Source: Octopus bimaculoides (taxonomy: Eukaryota). Taken from it: DNA of 63,890 bases. The stretch is from the NCBI RefSeq assembly GCF_001194135.2, contig NC_069002.1, positions 19,166,521 through 19,230,410 on the forward strand. Reading direction: 5' to 3'. This document shows, one piece after another, positions 26,821 to 38,508 of this stretch. The position numbers were made by a program, and so were the translations under genes. The notes below the pieces were generated by a model. The model did no database searches, was not told the origin of the DNA, and saw only the letters and a list, made by a program, of their open reading frames with translations. Numbering within the stretch: position 1 is the first letter of the stretch; each line of letters opens with the position of its first letter.

Positions 26821-26875
26821 NNNNNNNNNNNNNNNNNNNNNNNNNNNNNNNNNNNNNNNNNNNNNNNNNNNNNNN

Positions 26876-26918
<43 letters not shown>

Positions 26919-27037
26919 ATATATATAGATAGATATATATTTGACAGGAAGGACAAAAAAAGAAAGAAAGATACCTCGATATTATGCAAATAGAGGAATT
27001 TATCTGTAAAAATATGTGACACTTATTCGGTAGCCAT

Positions 27038-27098
27038 GATAAAACTCCGAGTTTCGGATGCCAGGTTGGTAGCCCACGCCAACATCTCTTCAGTTATC
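27038..27098 (-). ncRNA. Minimal type-I hammerhead ribozyme motif (Penelope-type)
   Basis: GATAA-CTGAAGA-GATG...CATC-C-GAA-ACTC G GAGT-T-TTATC: stem I 5 bp, intact core, near-palindromic stem III, GUU site. Confidence 0.65.
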
Positions 27099-27245
27099 CG
27101 GTCATTGAAAATTCCTGCGTGCGTATATGGATATATGCGTGCATGCGATAATATACGCAGTTTTAGACGCGTTTGGACCTTGTTACTACACAGCAATTTC
27201 CCTTTGTTTTTAACGGTCATTCTTCACAGGAATTTTCAATGACCA

Positions 27246-27306
27246 GATAACTGAAGAGATGTTGGCGTGGGCTCCCACCCTAGCATCCGACAGTCGGAGT
27301 TTTATC
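27246..27306 (+). ncRNA. Hammerhead motif, inactivated copy
   Basis: Same as 27038-27098 but GAAAC has become GACAG. Confidence 0.55.
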
Positions 27307-28704
27307 ATGGTTACTGAATAAGGGTCACATATTTTTACAGATATATATATATATATATATATATGCATATATACGTCATACATACCTACACATATACATG
27401 CATATGTACGTATGTGTGTGTGTGTGCGCGCGCATGCGTTAGCACGCCATTTTATACGGTTGAAATTGGAGAGAAACGAAAGCAATGTGTGTTACCTTCA
27501 CTAAATTCGACGCTGCAGATCCATCCATTATCGATCATCTTAGTTCAAGTTTGTAAAACAAGAATCTCTACAATATTTATTTCACGTGGTCTCCACTTAA
27601 AATTTTCTGGCAAATTCCAATATTCTGTGGTTGTGAAAGAAAAACATTCTTAGTTGAATGAGTTCTTACTACTTTTACCTTCCTTTTAGATTGGCCAAGA
27701 AAGACTATAAACTGATGCTAAGCATCCGGTAGTAGCCATCCAATCTTTTTCTTTCCTTAGACATTGTAACTTGGACTATATCAGACTAAACTTCTTTCAG
27801 TTTTTGAAAGCTGCGATGTAATTTGAGAAAGATTCAGTAGCTTTTTATAACAGATAGAATGGCAACGAATAGTCTCCATCGTTGGATAACTTGTGTTTAT
27901 GTGAGTGTGTATTTGTGTATATGTGTGGATGTTTGTGCGCGTGCGTGACTTTTCACATCTATGTCTTCAAATACTTGAAAGTATCGTGTGCACGAAATCG
28001 GTAGTTTTCTTCACCTATTTCTAGACGACATATCTTCAAATGGAAATTAATTTTGTTTCAGTTCAATTTACGATCATATGATGTGCAAACCTGAGCTGTA
28101 GATCTTTATTCTCATGGTGATGTTGCAGCTTTGCTAATGCTTATGTTTCCTAATGTAATTACAATCAGATAATAATGACTATTACATCCGGATTACATAT
28201 TCTCCCTATTCTTTAGTTCAGTTTATGATTTCAGTTTATATCATTTCGCCCTCTTTCTCTTGGTTCATATTGATCGCCAGATGGCTCTATCCTTTTCCAT
28301 TCGCCTGTTCAAAATGCAATTTGCAAAGAGACAGCCGTCAGTGGTGTCGTTTTATTTTCCTTCATAGAACAAATACAACTACATGTAATTCTGTCAAAAT
28401 CTTCATATGTTGAGATTTTCGCCCCTGTTTTATGACATAAGCCACAAATCTGTATCATCACTTAATGGTCACAGTTATTGGTGTCAGGCGTATCAGTTAT
28501 TTCCCCTCATGAGTGTGTATGAAAGTCTGTGTGTGCACATATATATATAGGGATATGCGCATGTATAAAGGAGTGTTTGTAAGTAGACATATGGAATGCG
28601 TTTGAGCAATCAATCATACGTACATGCGCACACAAACGCACACTCACACATTAATGCGTGTGAATGTGGTTAAATGAATCATAGTTGAATGTATACACTC
28701 ATAT

Positions 28705-28758
<54 letters not shown>

Positions 28759-29869
28759 TTGCAAGCAGATGTGCGGATTATATGTAGGTATGTGTGTTAA
28801 TATGTACGCATGGCTACATTCATATGTGCAGAGTTGATTATACATGTGGACCTATATATGCGCATAACAGTGTTACCATATGTTTAATACATTCACGCGT
28901 ACACGCAAACACTAGAATGCATGACTCTGCTTCCATATCTATCAATTTGTTCTTATATTGTCATGTTTGCCATCTCTCACCAATCTGACTCTTCTTTTTA
29001 AATATATACCAGGCTTTGTTACTAGTATAATACCCGACTCTTTGCTCACAACAAGATCAGGAAATTTGAATTTTACATTCTTTGTCCTTATCAAATTTTA
29101 CATTTTTTAACACAATGTGTCTTTCAAAGAATTTTTATAAAAAGTTACTTCTCTTTTCATTTTCAGGAAAATGGTATACAAACTGTTTTTAATTGAGGAA
29201 ATTATTGAAGGTTTTATAAACAATCGTAGTGTGTGATATTTTTTAAACTCATTGTTTATTTTCAAAGTAGCTTCTTTTATATTCTGCAAAATAACTATAA
29301 GCATCATACAATATTTATATTGACTTCGAGACTTCTCTATAAACAACATTCATACGTTGTTTTATTAAGAAGTATCTTTATTGCTGATTTGACATGACTG
29401 ATATTTCTAGCAGGTGAGTAACCGAATAGTGACTCATATTCGTGAATATGCACATGTGAGTTACACGTATGTTAAAGGGAATTTTTACAATAATTTGGTC
29501 AACGATACAAGCGTAAAATTTCGGTAAAATATATTAATAAAATCTTGCACGTAATCAAAGTTATAAACGATAAATTTTATTTTGATTCATGATAATGAAG
29601 TTTTCATGTCATTTTTTTAATATTTCCCGATAATTGTATATAAACAAATATTTAAGTGGAAAATGATATATTTGCAGAGCTATGTGCTGATCTACACAAT
29701 GAAGGTTTATATAAATCTATAGCTATTTTCATTTATGTTCTCTTTTTCCATTCGCCTTGTCTTTATATTTCTCCTTTCATTTCCAATTCTATAACAGCAT
29801 CTTTTGAAAGAATTATTGATAGACAATCTTTTTTGCTGACATAAATAAAAAAAAAGCTGTTAATTGATA

Positions 29870-30780
29870 AACTAATCATCAGAAACTGGAAGAGAAGGCA
29901 CACAGTCTTGAGCAGTATATGGATTGATTACCGTAAAATATACCACATTCTTGAATAACATGAACTATGGGAATGTATGGAATAGCAGAAAATATGAGAT
30001 GCCTTATATGGAACACTACGAAATAATGGAGAAATGAATTGACAGCAGAATATCTGGTATTAGGAAACGTTAAAATCAGGAAAAGAATCTTGCAGAGGGA
30101 CAGACAATGCGTTCGCTTTGATCTTTGTCCCGGAAATGATCTTGAGTATTGCCGGCGACGAGGTTGAAGTATGATATGGGAAATGGTGGGGGAAAACGTA
30201 AGCAAATGTTATTCATGAATGACTTGAAGTTGTTCACAAAATGTGATACAGAATGGACAATCTAAACCAGTCTGTGCGGATTTTCTCGAATGATGCCAAG
30301 ATGGAGTTTAGACTTTCAGAATGTGCTACGAGGGTTATGAGACGAGGAAAGCTTCTCAGGACAGGAGGCATATGTATGACAAGTGGTGAAATGATGATGA
30401 AATTATGCGACAAGTGGGCTCAAGAGGGAGGCAAGATGTGGCATGAGCACATACCGCCGAGAGTGGCGAAGTTGGAGATCCGCAAAATCCTGGGGAAGTT
30501 ACTACTCCTGACAGATCTAGCTGGATCTAGTGGTGGTAGACAAGATGCACCACAAGTGCTATATATTTTATATTGCGTGCCCCTATGACCTACTAATAGT
30601 CAAGCATAAAGATATGAAAATGAGCATATACAATCGTCTTAAGTACGAGATAGCCTGGCTATGGAAATTGAAGGGGAAAATAGTGCCAATTATCGTTGGG
30701 TCATTGGGAACATTATGAGGAGGCATCAAGACGAATATAAAAGAAATCGAAAGAGAGAGAGAGCCCAGTAGAGCTGTTAC
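29870..30780 (+). mobile_element. R4/Dong-clade LINE relic (RT fused by deletion to the restriction-like endonuclease region)
   Basis: IWIDY, LFMNDLKLF, DNLNQSVRIFSNDAKMEFRLSECA, then VVVDKMHHKC...RLKYEIAWLWKLK..IVPIIVGSLGT. Confidence 0.8.
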
Positions 30781-30984
30781 AACAAAAAGTTTGCCATCTT
30801 TGCATAGTCAGAATAATCAGTAAAGTACAAGATAGCTGAAAGGAACAGATACCATGGTACCGTCGGTTGCAGATAGGAAGATCGCTGCGCATGCAAAATT
30901 CCAGAAGTCCCCCCCCCCAAAAAAAAACAGAGTTGAAAAAGGATAACAACAACAACAGCAATAAGAATAAGAATAATAACGATG

Positions 30985-31180
30985 GAAGTAGAAAATAGAG
31001 AGATTTTATGCAATGAAGAGATTGATCGTGATACCAATAGTGATTGGCAAGCTAGGAATTATCGGTACACAACTACCAATATGTCTCAAAAATACAGGTA
31101 CAAACATGAAGACAGAACATCTACCAAAATCATCATTGCTTCGAACTTCAAGAGTCCTCTGCAGAGTCCTTGAAGCATGA
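30985..31180 (+). mobile_element. Second R4/Dong-like 3' fragment
   Basis: VIPIVIGKLGII...EHLPKSSLLRTSRVLCRVLEA*. Confidence 0.6.
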
Positions 31181-31265
31181 TCAGTCAACGAGTGTCACCT
31201 TAGTCTGCTGGCTGTGGACAGTTGACACTTTCCATCACACTCAACAAAATAAGCTTACAGTTTTC

Positions 31266-31317
<52 letters not shown>

Positions 31318-31521
31318 TAATCTTTTGTTTATTGGCCACCAGGGTCGAACACAAAACATGGAGGACGATGCATTATTCACATTATTTATGTGTGTGTGTC
31401 TGTCTGTGTGTGTGTATGTATATATATGTGTAGGTCTGTATGTATATATGCACGTATGTCTACATAACAAATGCACACGTGTGTGGGAAATACTGCATTT
31501 GTTTAATATGAATAACTCGAC

Positions 31522-31749
31522 CAGTAGTTCCCAAAGGTAGTACTGGGTATCCATGAACTAAATTCAAAATTTCATACATACAAACATACACACATACACA
31601 CATACATACATACATACATACATACATACATAATACATACATACATACATACATACATACATACATAAGGATAAGCATATTAAAGGGTCCGTGGAAAAAC
31701 ACATTTGAATAAAAAGGGTCTTTGGTAATGAAAAAGTTGGGAACCACTG
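31522..31749. mobile_element. hAT (Charlie-like) MITE with internal (TACA)n
   Basis: TIRs CAGTAGTTCCCAA and TTGGGAACCACTG (12/13 match); flanks AACTCGAC and AA-AACTAGAC resemble a decayed 8-bp TSD. Confidence 0.75.
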
Positions 31750-33012
31750 AAAACTAGACTATCACCGTTTTCCCCTTTCTCTGTCATTCAAGAACTGGTC
31801 CACTCCCTCTTCCTTTCCCTCTTTCTGTCTGTCTCACCTTCAACATACTTGCCTCTCCACTTTCCCTCCCATTTTCCTCAAATTTGTTGAAAGCATCCCT
31901 CCTTGCTCTCACTTTCCGTTTAAACTTGAATTATTTGACAAGGACGTTCACGGTGAGAGAACCTCGTGTCTGTGATTCAGTCCAAGCTTTAGTTTTGTTA
32001 AACCCATCGGCACCACCGTCACCAATATTTATCACTCGATCTCCGTTTCCCCTTCCGTGTCACGAGTGACTAAAAGAAGCCACTCGTCATCGAATTTTGA
32101 ACCTGGGGATGAGGAGAGTTCATCGCCCGTCTCTGAACCTGCATCCGGTTACTCTCGGATTTTCTACTCGTTAATCGGTTTTGTAATTTGTTGAAGTGAT
32201 ATTAAAGTTATTGTTTTTCAAATCAAAACCTCATAAAACAATGCGTGAGAAAAATACTAAAAAATCCAGGAAATTACAGTAAAATCTGAACGAATTCTTC
32301 TTTTGTAGAGTTATTCAAATTCATTCTATCTCGCCCCTCTCTCCATCCCTCTCCTTCTCTTTCTCTCTCAAGCTCCACCCCCTCTCTCTAATACAACCCC
32401 TCTCATACGTTTAAATTAATGTTAATTTCTGCTACAGCGAATCTTACGGGCAACGAAAATTAATAGTTTACAGATAAATCAGTTTAATCTCCTCGAAATA
32501 AAATGTCGTTAATGTTATTCAAATATGTCAGCAGTTACAACTACGGCCAAATTCTAAGGATTTCCTCGAATCCGAAAACAATATACAAGAACGTTACGGG
32601 CTGCAAAAATTAAAGTAATTCCTTTGGAATTAATAGGTTCAGTAAAACGAGAGAAAGCTTTTGAGCATTATTAGTGAAGGAAGTTGTACTGTGCTATCGC
32701 CAAAGCAGGTAATAGGGGAAATAGTGAAAGTTAGGATTGTCAAGGATGTATTTGATTGCTGTCGGGAGGTGGAACAATTTCATACAGCAATCGGAAGTGT
32801 TATATTGATGTCGATCGCCGGCGCCTTATCGTTCTACTTAAATGCAATATGTGTGTGAGTTCGTGTGTGTTCGTGTTTGTGTCCGGGTGAATATGTGTGT
32901 GTGTGTGTGTGCGTGCGTGCGCGTGTGAGTGTGTGTGCGTGCGGGTGCGTGTATGTGTGTGTATCTATGGTTGCTGATGTAAACGTAAATAGAACTCAAA
33001 ACATTAGTACAT

Positions 33013-33077
<65 letters not shown>

Positions 33078-33195
33078 ATGGTTCATAATCGGTAGAACGA
33101 ACTGAATGAAGCATGGGACGAGAATTTCGTGCACTGATTTGATAAATATACTTACACGAAACACTAGTGTTTGAGACGGTGTGTAACTATTGCCG

Positions 33196-33264
<69 letters not shown>

Positions 33265-33305
33265 AATAATAATAATAATTATAATAATAATAATAATAAT
33301 AATAA
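33196..33305. repeat. (TTA)n directly followed by (AAT)n, forming an AT-only fold-back
   Basis: Symmetry centre ATTATT|AATAAT at 33261/33262. Confidence 0.9.
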
Positions 33306-33354
33306 CATCGAAAAATACCTTAGGAATGAGAACCCAGGTTCGAAATTTCTCCGA

Positions 33355-33400
33355 GACACCTGATGAAGGCTGGAGGGTATGTCAGCCGAAACGTTGTGTT
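33355..33400 (+). ncRNA. Minimal type-I hammerhead motif in a Penelope-like terminal repeat (about 33305-33470)
   Basis: GACAC-CTGATGA-A-GGCTG(gagggtatgt)CAGCC-GAA-ACGT-T-GTGTT; palindromic ACGT stem III, GUU site. Confidence 0.7.
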
Positions 33401-33599
33401 AACAACAAACAGGATGAAGGCAAACATCCGTCAAATATAAATAATGTAAATAATGCAAATAAAAGTCTATTTTGACTGGTAATACCTTTCGTGCTCAGGT
33501 TAAGGAGTTAGTGCAGAGGGCATTAATCGGCACCATTATTAATAATAGGAGGTGGTATGCCCTCAAATGCGTCATTCATTCTCAGTAAATCAGATTTAG

Positions 33600-35320
33600 C
33601 AAACAGTTAAGTCTAGATAAGATCACAATAGAAGGGACCTTAATTAAGGAATTAGATAATGCCATGGAATCGGACTCTAAATCCAAAGTGGTGGCGGCAA
33701 AAGCAGTTTTTACCGTCATCTCAAAGCCAAATGCAAAGCGTGTTGAGTCAGAGCTAAACTTCGTGCAGTGGGAAGAGAAAGTATTAACGTTGCCGGATGG
33801 GCATGTGTGGAGAGTCGGAGAGGCAGAGAAACCTCTATCAAGTCTTTAACGGACGAACAGGGGCGTTCGATGGAAGGATAGGAGGAGACACTAATGGCTT
33901 TTCACCNNNNNNNNNNNNNNNNNNNNNNNNNNNNNNNNNNNNNNNNNNNNNNNNNNNNNNNNNNNNNNNNNNNNNNNNNNNNNNNNNNNNNNNNNNNNNN
34001 NNNNNNNNNNNNNNNNNNNNNNNNNNNNNNNNNNNNNNNNNACGGAAGTTGAAGAGGTGCTGGCTGAGTGCGTCGAGGACAAATCGCCGGGGCTAGATGG
34101 TCTGCCCTATGAATTTTATTGTAGCATGGAGGACTTGTTCGAGCACTTGCTGGCCTGCATCTACACAAACTGGCAGCAGAATGAGACGTTTTTCTAGCTC
34201 TGTGAGTCGAGAGTGGTGACGCTGATCAGAAAAGAACCGAGCAAGGGGAAACCTATCAGCAGTTTTAGGCCCATAACTCTACTTAATGTAGAGTTAAAGA
34301 TTTTGGCCAAGGTGCTAGCAAAGGGGTTGGCGCGTGTCACGGAGAAACTTGTTGGGAGAGCGCAGACATGCGTCATCCCAGACAAGTCAATCCAGGACAG
34401 TCTCCATCTCCTGCACTACACCTTAGAACGGGTGGGTAAGTTATCCGGTAAAGGTGGGGAACTGGTCCATTTAGACCAGAGTAAAGCTTTTGATAGGGTA
34501 GACCACCAGTACCTGGCGGCTGGACTGGGCCCGGATTTCCGTGATTGGATCACTGCTATTTATGGCGACATCAAATCTACAGTTCAGATAAACGGTTACC
34601 TGTCGGCGCCTTTTATAATTTCGCGCTCGATTCCTCAGTGGTGCCCCCTGTCTCCGCTTCTGTACGTACTGGCTCTTGAGTCATTGCTGCGGAGGTTGGA
34701 GAGTTTTTTTGGGGGCATCCCCAATGAATTGGGATGTGGTAAGTCTGTTTCTCCATATGCGGATGATGTTACAATCACCGTATCTGATGAAGCTCAGTTA
34801 TCTTGTGTAGAGGATGCAATCAAAGGATACAAGGCTGTGGCAGGGGCAAAAATTAACAGGGACAAGTCCGTCGGCTTGTGATTCGTCACCTGGAGTGGCA
34901 AGACGATACCGTTTAGTGTCGTGGGGCACTGGATGGAAGGTCCAGTTAAATTACTTAGAGTCTGGTTTGGACCGGACTCCCAGTCGGAGAAGAATTTGGA
35001 GTGAGGTGGCAGACAGAGTGACGGACCTGGTGTGGAAGGGTGCCATCCCTGAAAGGGAGGGCGGAGGTAGTGCATGTGTTATCTCCTACCGTCTGACCAT
35101 TGTCCGTTGCTCTGATTCATGGCTAAACAAGTTGGAACGCCTTCTCTTCCACTTTTTCTAGAGGAGGGAAACCGTTTGTGAGGCACTCCGTCTGCTGCCA
35201 AAAAACCGCAAAAGAGTGGGTTAGGGATGCTGGGGCTGATGATGTGCAGACATGTGCTGAGGCTTAGGCATTGCTGGCCCTACCTGGAGGGTGACCGGGT
35301 GGGGAATCCGCAATATGGAA
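33600..35320 (+). mobile_element. L1/Tx1-clade LINE ORF2 (RT) pseudogene
   Basis: KSPGLDGLPYEFY, FRPITLLNVELKILAK, LDQSKAFDRVDH, PQWCPLSPLLY, YADD at 34756-34767, KINRDKS; stops and frameshifts on both sides. Confidence 0.92.
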
Positions 35321-35482
35321 TCGTAACATATAATTGCCAACTAAGTGTGGTGTCCGTTGCAGGACAACGCTACTGGTGTTTATAGCCCCAGGAAAACATC
35401 TCCTCCAGCCATCTAACTACACACATTCTGTGTCCGATTAGTATTTGCGAGGGGATGTCATCGCTCCCAAGCATTAAGTGAT

Positions 35483-35529
35483 ACACACGGACTGGAGTTT
35501 CTGGGTGGTTACCAGTCCTCAGCGTGTGT
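35483..35529 (-). ncRNA. Minimal type-I hammerhead ribozyme motif with a canonical GUC site
   Basis: ACACACG-CTGAGGA-C-TGG(taaccac)CCA-GAA-ACT CC AGT-C-CGTGTGT; perfect 7-bp stem I. Confidence 0.75.
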
Positions 35530-36539
35530 TCATCACCAGCTAGTGATGAAAACTCACCCCAAAATACTATATGCTTTTTCCAGCGATGAATCGTCGCAGA
35601 TCTCGAAGGAGATCATTAAATCTCTGATAATTCTGAAACACTGTCCTTGATCTCATTTGGGTCAGCTCTGCGTGGTGTTGGTGTGAATTTTAACCCTTTA
35701 GTTAGAAATTAAAAATAAAGAACTTACCGCATCTAATGGATGATACAAACCAGAATTAAGTAGAGAACACAATAAAAAAATTAAAAAAAATTAAAATTAC
35801 AGATTTCTCCTCTTTTCTGCAAAATAAATGAGTGAACAATTATCTCCCCGAGCAATATTTTTCCCCCTTGCAATTTATCTCTTTCAATTATCTTTTGATG
35901 AGCAATACGAGACCGGTCCTTACATCAATTATGTTGAAAGAACAAAATCTTATTTTGCACAAAATTGTATATCTTTATTATCTTGGATGGCTCTAATATA
36001 CTCTTACATCCTGTAAAATAAATTTTCTGTGTTTTTTCATCTTTTCTCTTTCTATATATATTCACCACGTGTGTTTCCCACTAAAATATTTTCAACCTGA
36101 AATATATATACATACATACATGTACATATGTATATGTATATGCACACATGTATATCTATATACATATACATACATTCACTCATACATACATGCATGCATT
36201 CATACATGCACACATACATGCATACATACACGCATAATACACATATCTTATCTTAGCTACTTTCTGGTAAGCCATTACTAGAAAGAATTATTAAAATAAG
36301 TGAATGTTGATGCAATATGAGGCCATTGCATGACACTTGAGCCTGGCGAAAATTTGCACATTTTTATACATAATGCACAGCCGAGCTGGCTGAAGAAATA
36401 GGCGCTACGGTATAAACTCTTTTGACATGCCTTTTCAATCCTCCAACTGCGTGACACACTTTTCTACGTTACACATATTGTGGACAATAACCATATCATA
36501 ATTTACCATGGGTCGATTCCTGTGAGTTCTCTTATGACT

Positions 36540-36900
36540 GACCAGGCCCGTACGACTCAAGCACCTCCTCTCGCAAACCACACTCTACCAAAAGCAACAC
36601 TCCTTCATTCTTTCTAAGACTTCCTTCTTTCTAAGACTTCCTTCTTAGACTTCTAATCTTCTCGTACTTCATTCTCTCTCCTTCAAACCACGAACATCCA
36701 CTGTCCAATCTCTTCCTCCATCCATCTCGGTTTTGTGCCTCCCTATCCCAATCAACAACTGAAGCTCCTGTCTGTGTCAGAGCAATTCTTGAACCTCATC
36801 TTAGGTTTATGTGCTGTTCTCCTACCATCTTTCAACTCACCATTGGTCGAGAGCAACCAATGACACTCCAGAGCGACCTGACATAACATACATAAATACA
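36540..36900 (-). mobile_element. RTE-clade LINE 3' fragment
   Basis: GELKDGRRTAHKPKMRFKNC...WDREAQNRDGWRK...FEGER, like the RTE GEL..GKR..G.P.LRYKD...WE..A.DR..WR motif. Confidence 0.7.
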
Positions 36901-36988
36901 TGCATACATAACACGCCTGAATGCATACATACGTACATACATACATGCATTCATAGATACATGCATGCATACATACATACATACATAT

Positions 36989-37019
<31 letters not shown>

Positions 37020-38320
37020 CATACATACATAATATTCAACGTTGGTAGCAACTACCGCTAATTGTGTTTATTCAAATTCTTCCGAAAAGAAAATGATGTC
37101 TTTGAAAAAACAGTTAATTTTTTGCGTCTCTAGGTGGGGCATAATGCCAATAAAAATGAAAATAAACACACGCACGGGTTCAATATCACTTCGTTATTTT
37201 ACCAACTAACTATACAATGGTGCGTTTAATAATTGCTTGTTAGTTTTCTGGCAGAGTCCTTTCGTCACTAATCGCGGACTCATCAATGACATACCTTCAT
37301 ACTTCAAGCTCTGCAATGCGTTTGTCTGAGAACTAGTCTTATGCCTATCTGTGTATGTGTATAGTTAGGTAGGTATCTTGCAAACCAAATAAAAAAAAGG
37401 AATCAATGAATCAACAACTCTTCTTTGAAATTCCTGTTGATGTTTCACTTCGAGTTAAGTCTCTTCATTCGTCTTCTCTTTCTTTCACTCCTTTATATTC
37501 ATACGCATACATACAGCCATGTAAGCTTGCAAACACATACATACTTAAACAGTATCACATGCACAATACCATACACAAGCACCGGCAACCATACAACACT
37601 TGCGCATAAATGTGTCCATGTTTTTAAGTAATATATGTCTCCATATTAAAGACGACTGTTGAATTCAAAGTTTTGGCGTCACTGTCTTTGAGACGGTGAT
37701 AAAAATACACTTAGGAACTCCAAAGTTCACATACATGTTGTAGTAAAAGAGGAATAATTACTAAGATTTATATGTGTGCGCGTGTATGTATGTGCTTGTG
37801 TGTGTATGTGTGTGTGTGTGTGTGTGTTTGTGTGCGTGCGCACGCGCGCGTTTAAATATGTATCATGGATCGCGACATTGTCATGGACGCCAAAGTGAAA
37901 AGCCGACCGAAGAAATTTCTTCTTGGGTGTTCATTATTCCAGTAATCTGTTCATAGAGGAGATATTACAATTTTTTGAGATTCGTATTTTTGTTTGTAAT
38001 TTTTGGTTTAAGGCCGTACTTATTTCTTGTCACTTGATCTTTTCTTTTTCTTTACGCAAAAACATATTTTTCAGCCTCATAGGTTTTCTTCAAAAATTGT
38101 GTCCTTGCAGCAAGCTTAAATCTATTTTTTATCCAGGCAAAAATTCAGGAACATAAAATCCTGCGATAAACTAATAAAAATAAGATTAATGTGAAAACAT
38201 TGTAGTGTCGTCCTCTGGATTTTCTCTGATGGTATTAAAGGCATTATCTGGAAGGAGAAGTGTTTAGTCGATTATTTAACAGATGGGATTAAGATTTCTG
38301 TAATATATACGTGCGGCAGT

Positions 38321-38508
38321 AAGGCGCCGTTAGCACCGGAAAAAATTGTTGGTTGCATCTTATCTGTCTTTTCGTTCCAAGTTCGAATTCAGCTGAGGTC
38401 GACTTTGTCTTCCATCCTTTCGGGATCGATAAATTATGAAACAATCGCCGTTGATGTAATCGACCTACCCGGCTTCTCCGAACTTGTTGACTTTGTGCCA
38501 AAATTCAA
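38321..38508 (+). mobile_element. SINE family B
   Basis: GTTCGAATTCAGCTGAGGTCGACTTTGTCTTCCATCCTTTCGGGATCGATAAATT. Confidence 0.85.

Larger units (their letters stand above)
27003..27341. repeat. Inverted repeat with 115-bp arms (27003-27117 and 27227-27341) and a 109-bp spacer; each arm carries a hammerhead-like motif
   Basis: Arms differ at 9 of 115 positions by my alignment; flanked by TA on both sides; right arm abuts (TA)n. Confidence 0.92.

Noticed and set aside
27003-27341. CRISPR-like or plain DNA-transposon MITE interpretation of repeats in the window
   Set aside because: No repeat-spacer arrays exist and the DNA is eukaryotic; the plain MITE reading does not explain the hammerhead core in each arm, though it is kept as an alternative in the findings.
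31960-32180. GC-richer block with small hairpins (GTCAC-GA-GTGAC, GATGA...TCATC)
   Set aside because: No complete ribozyme core or coding motif; left unclassified.
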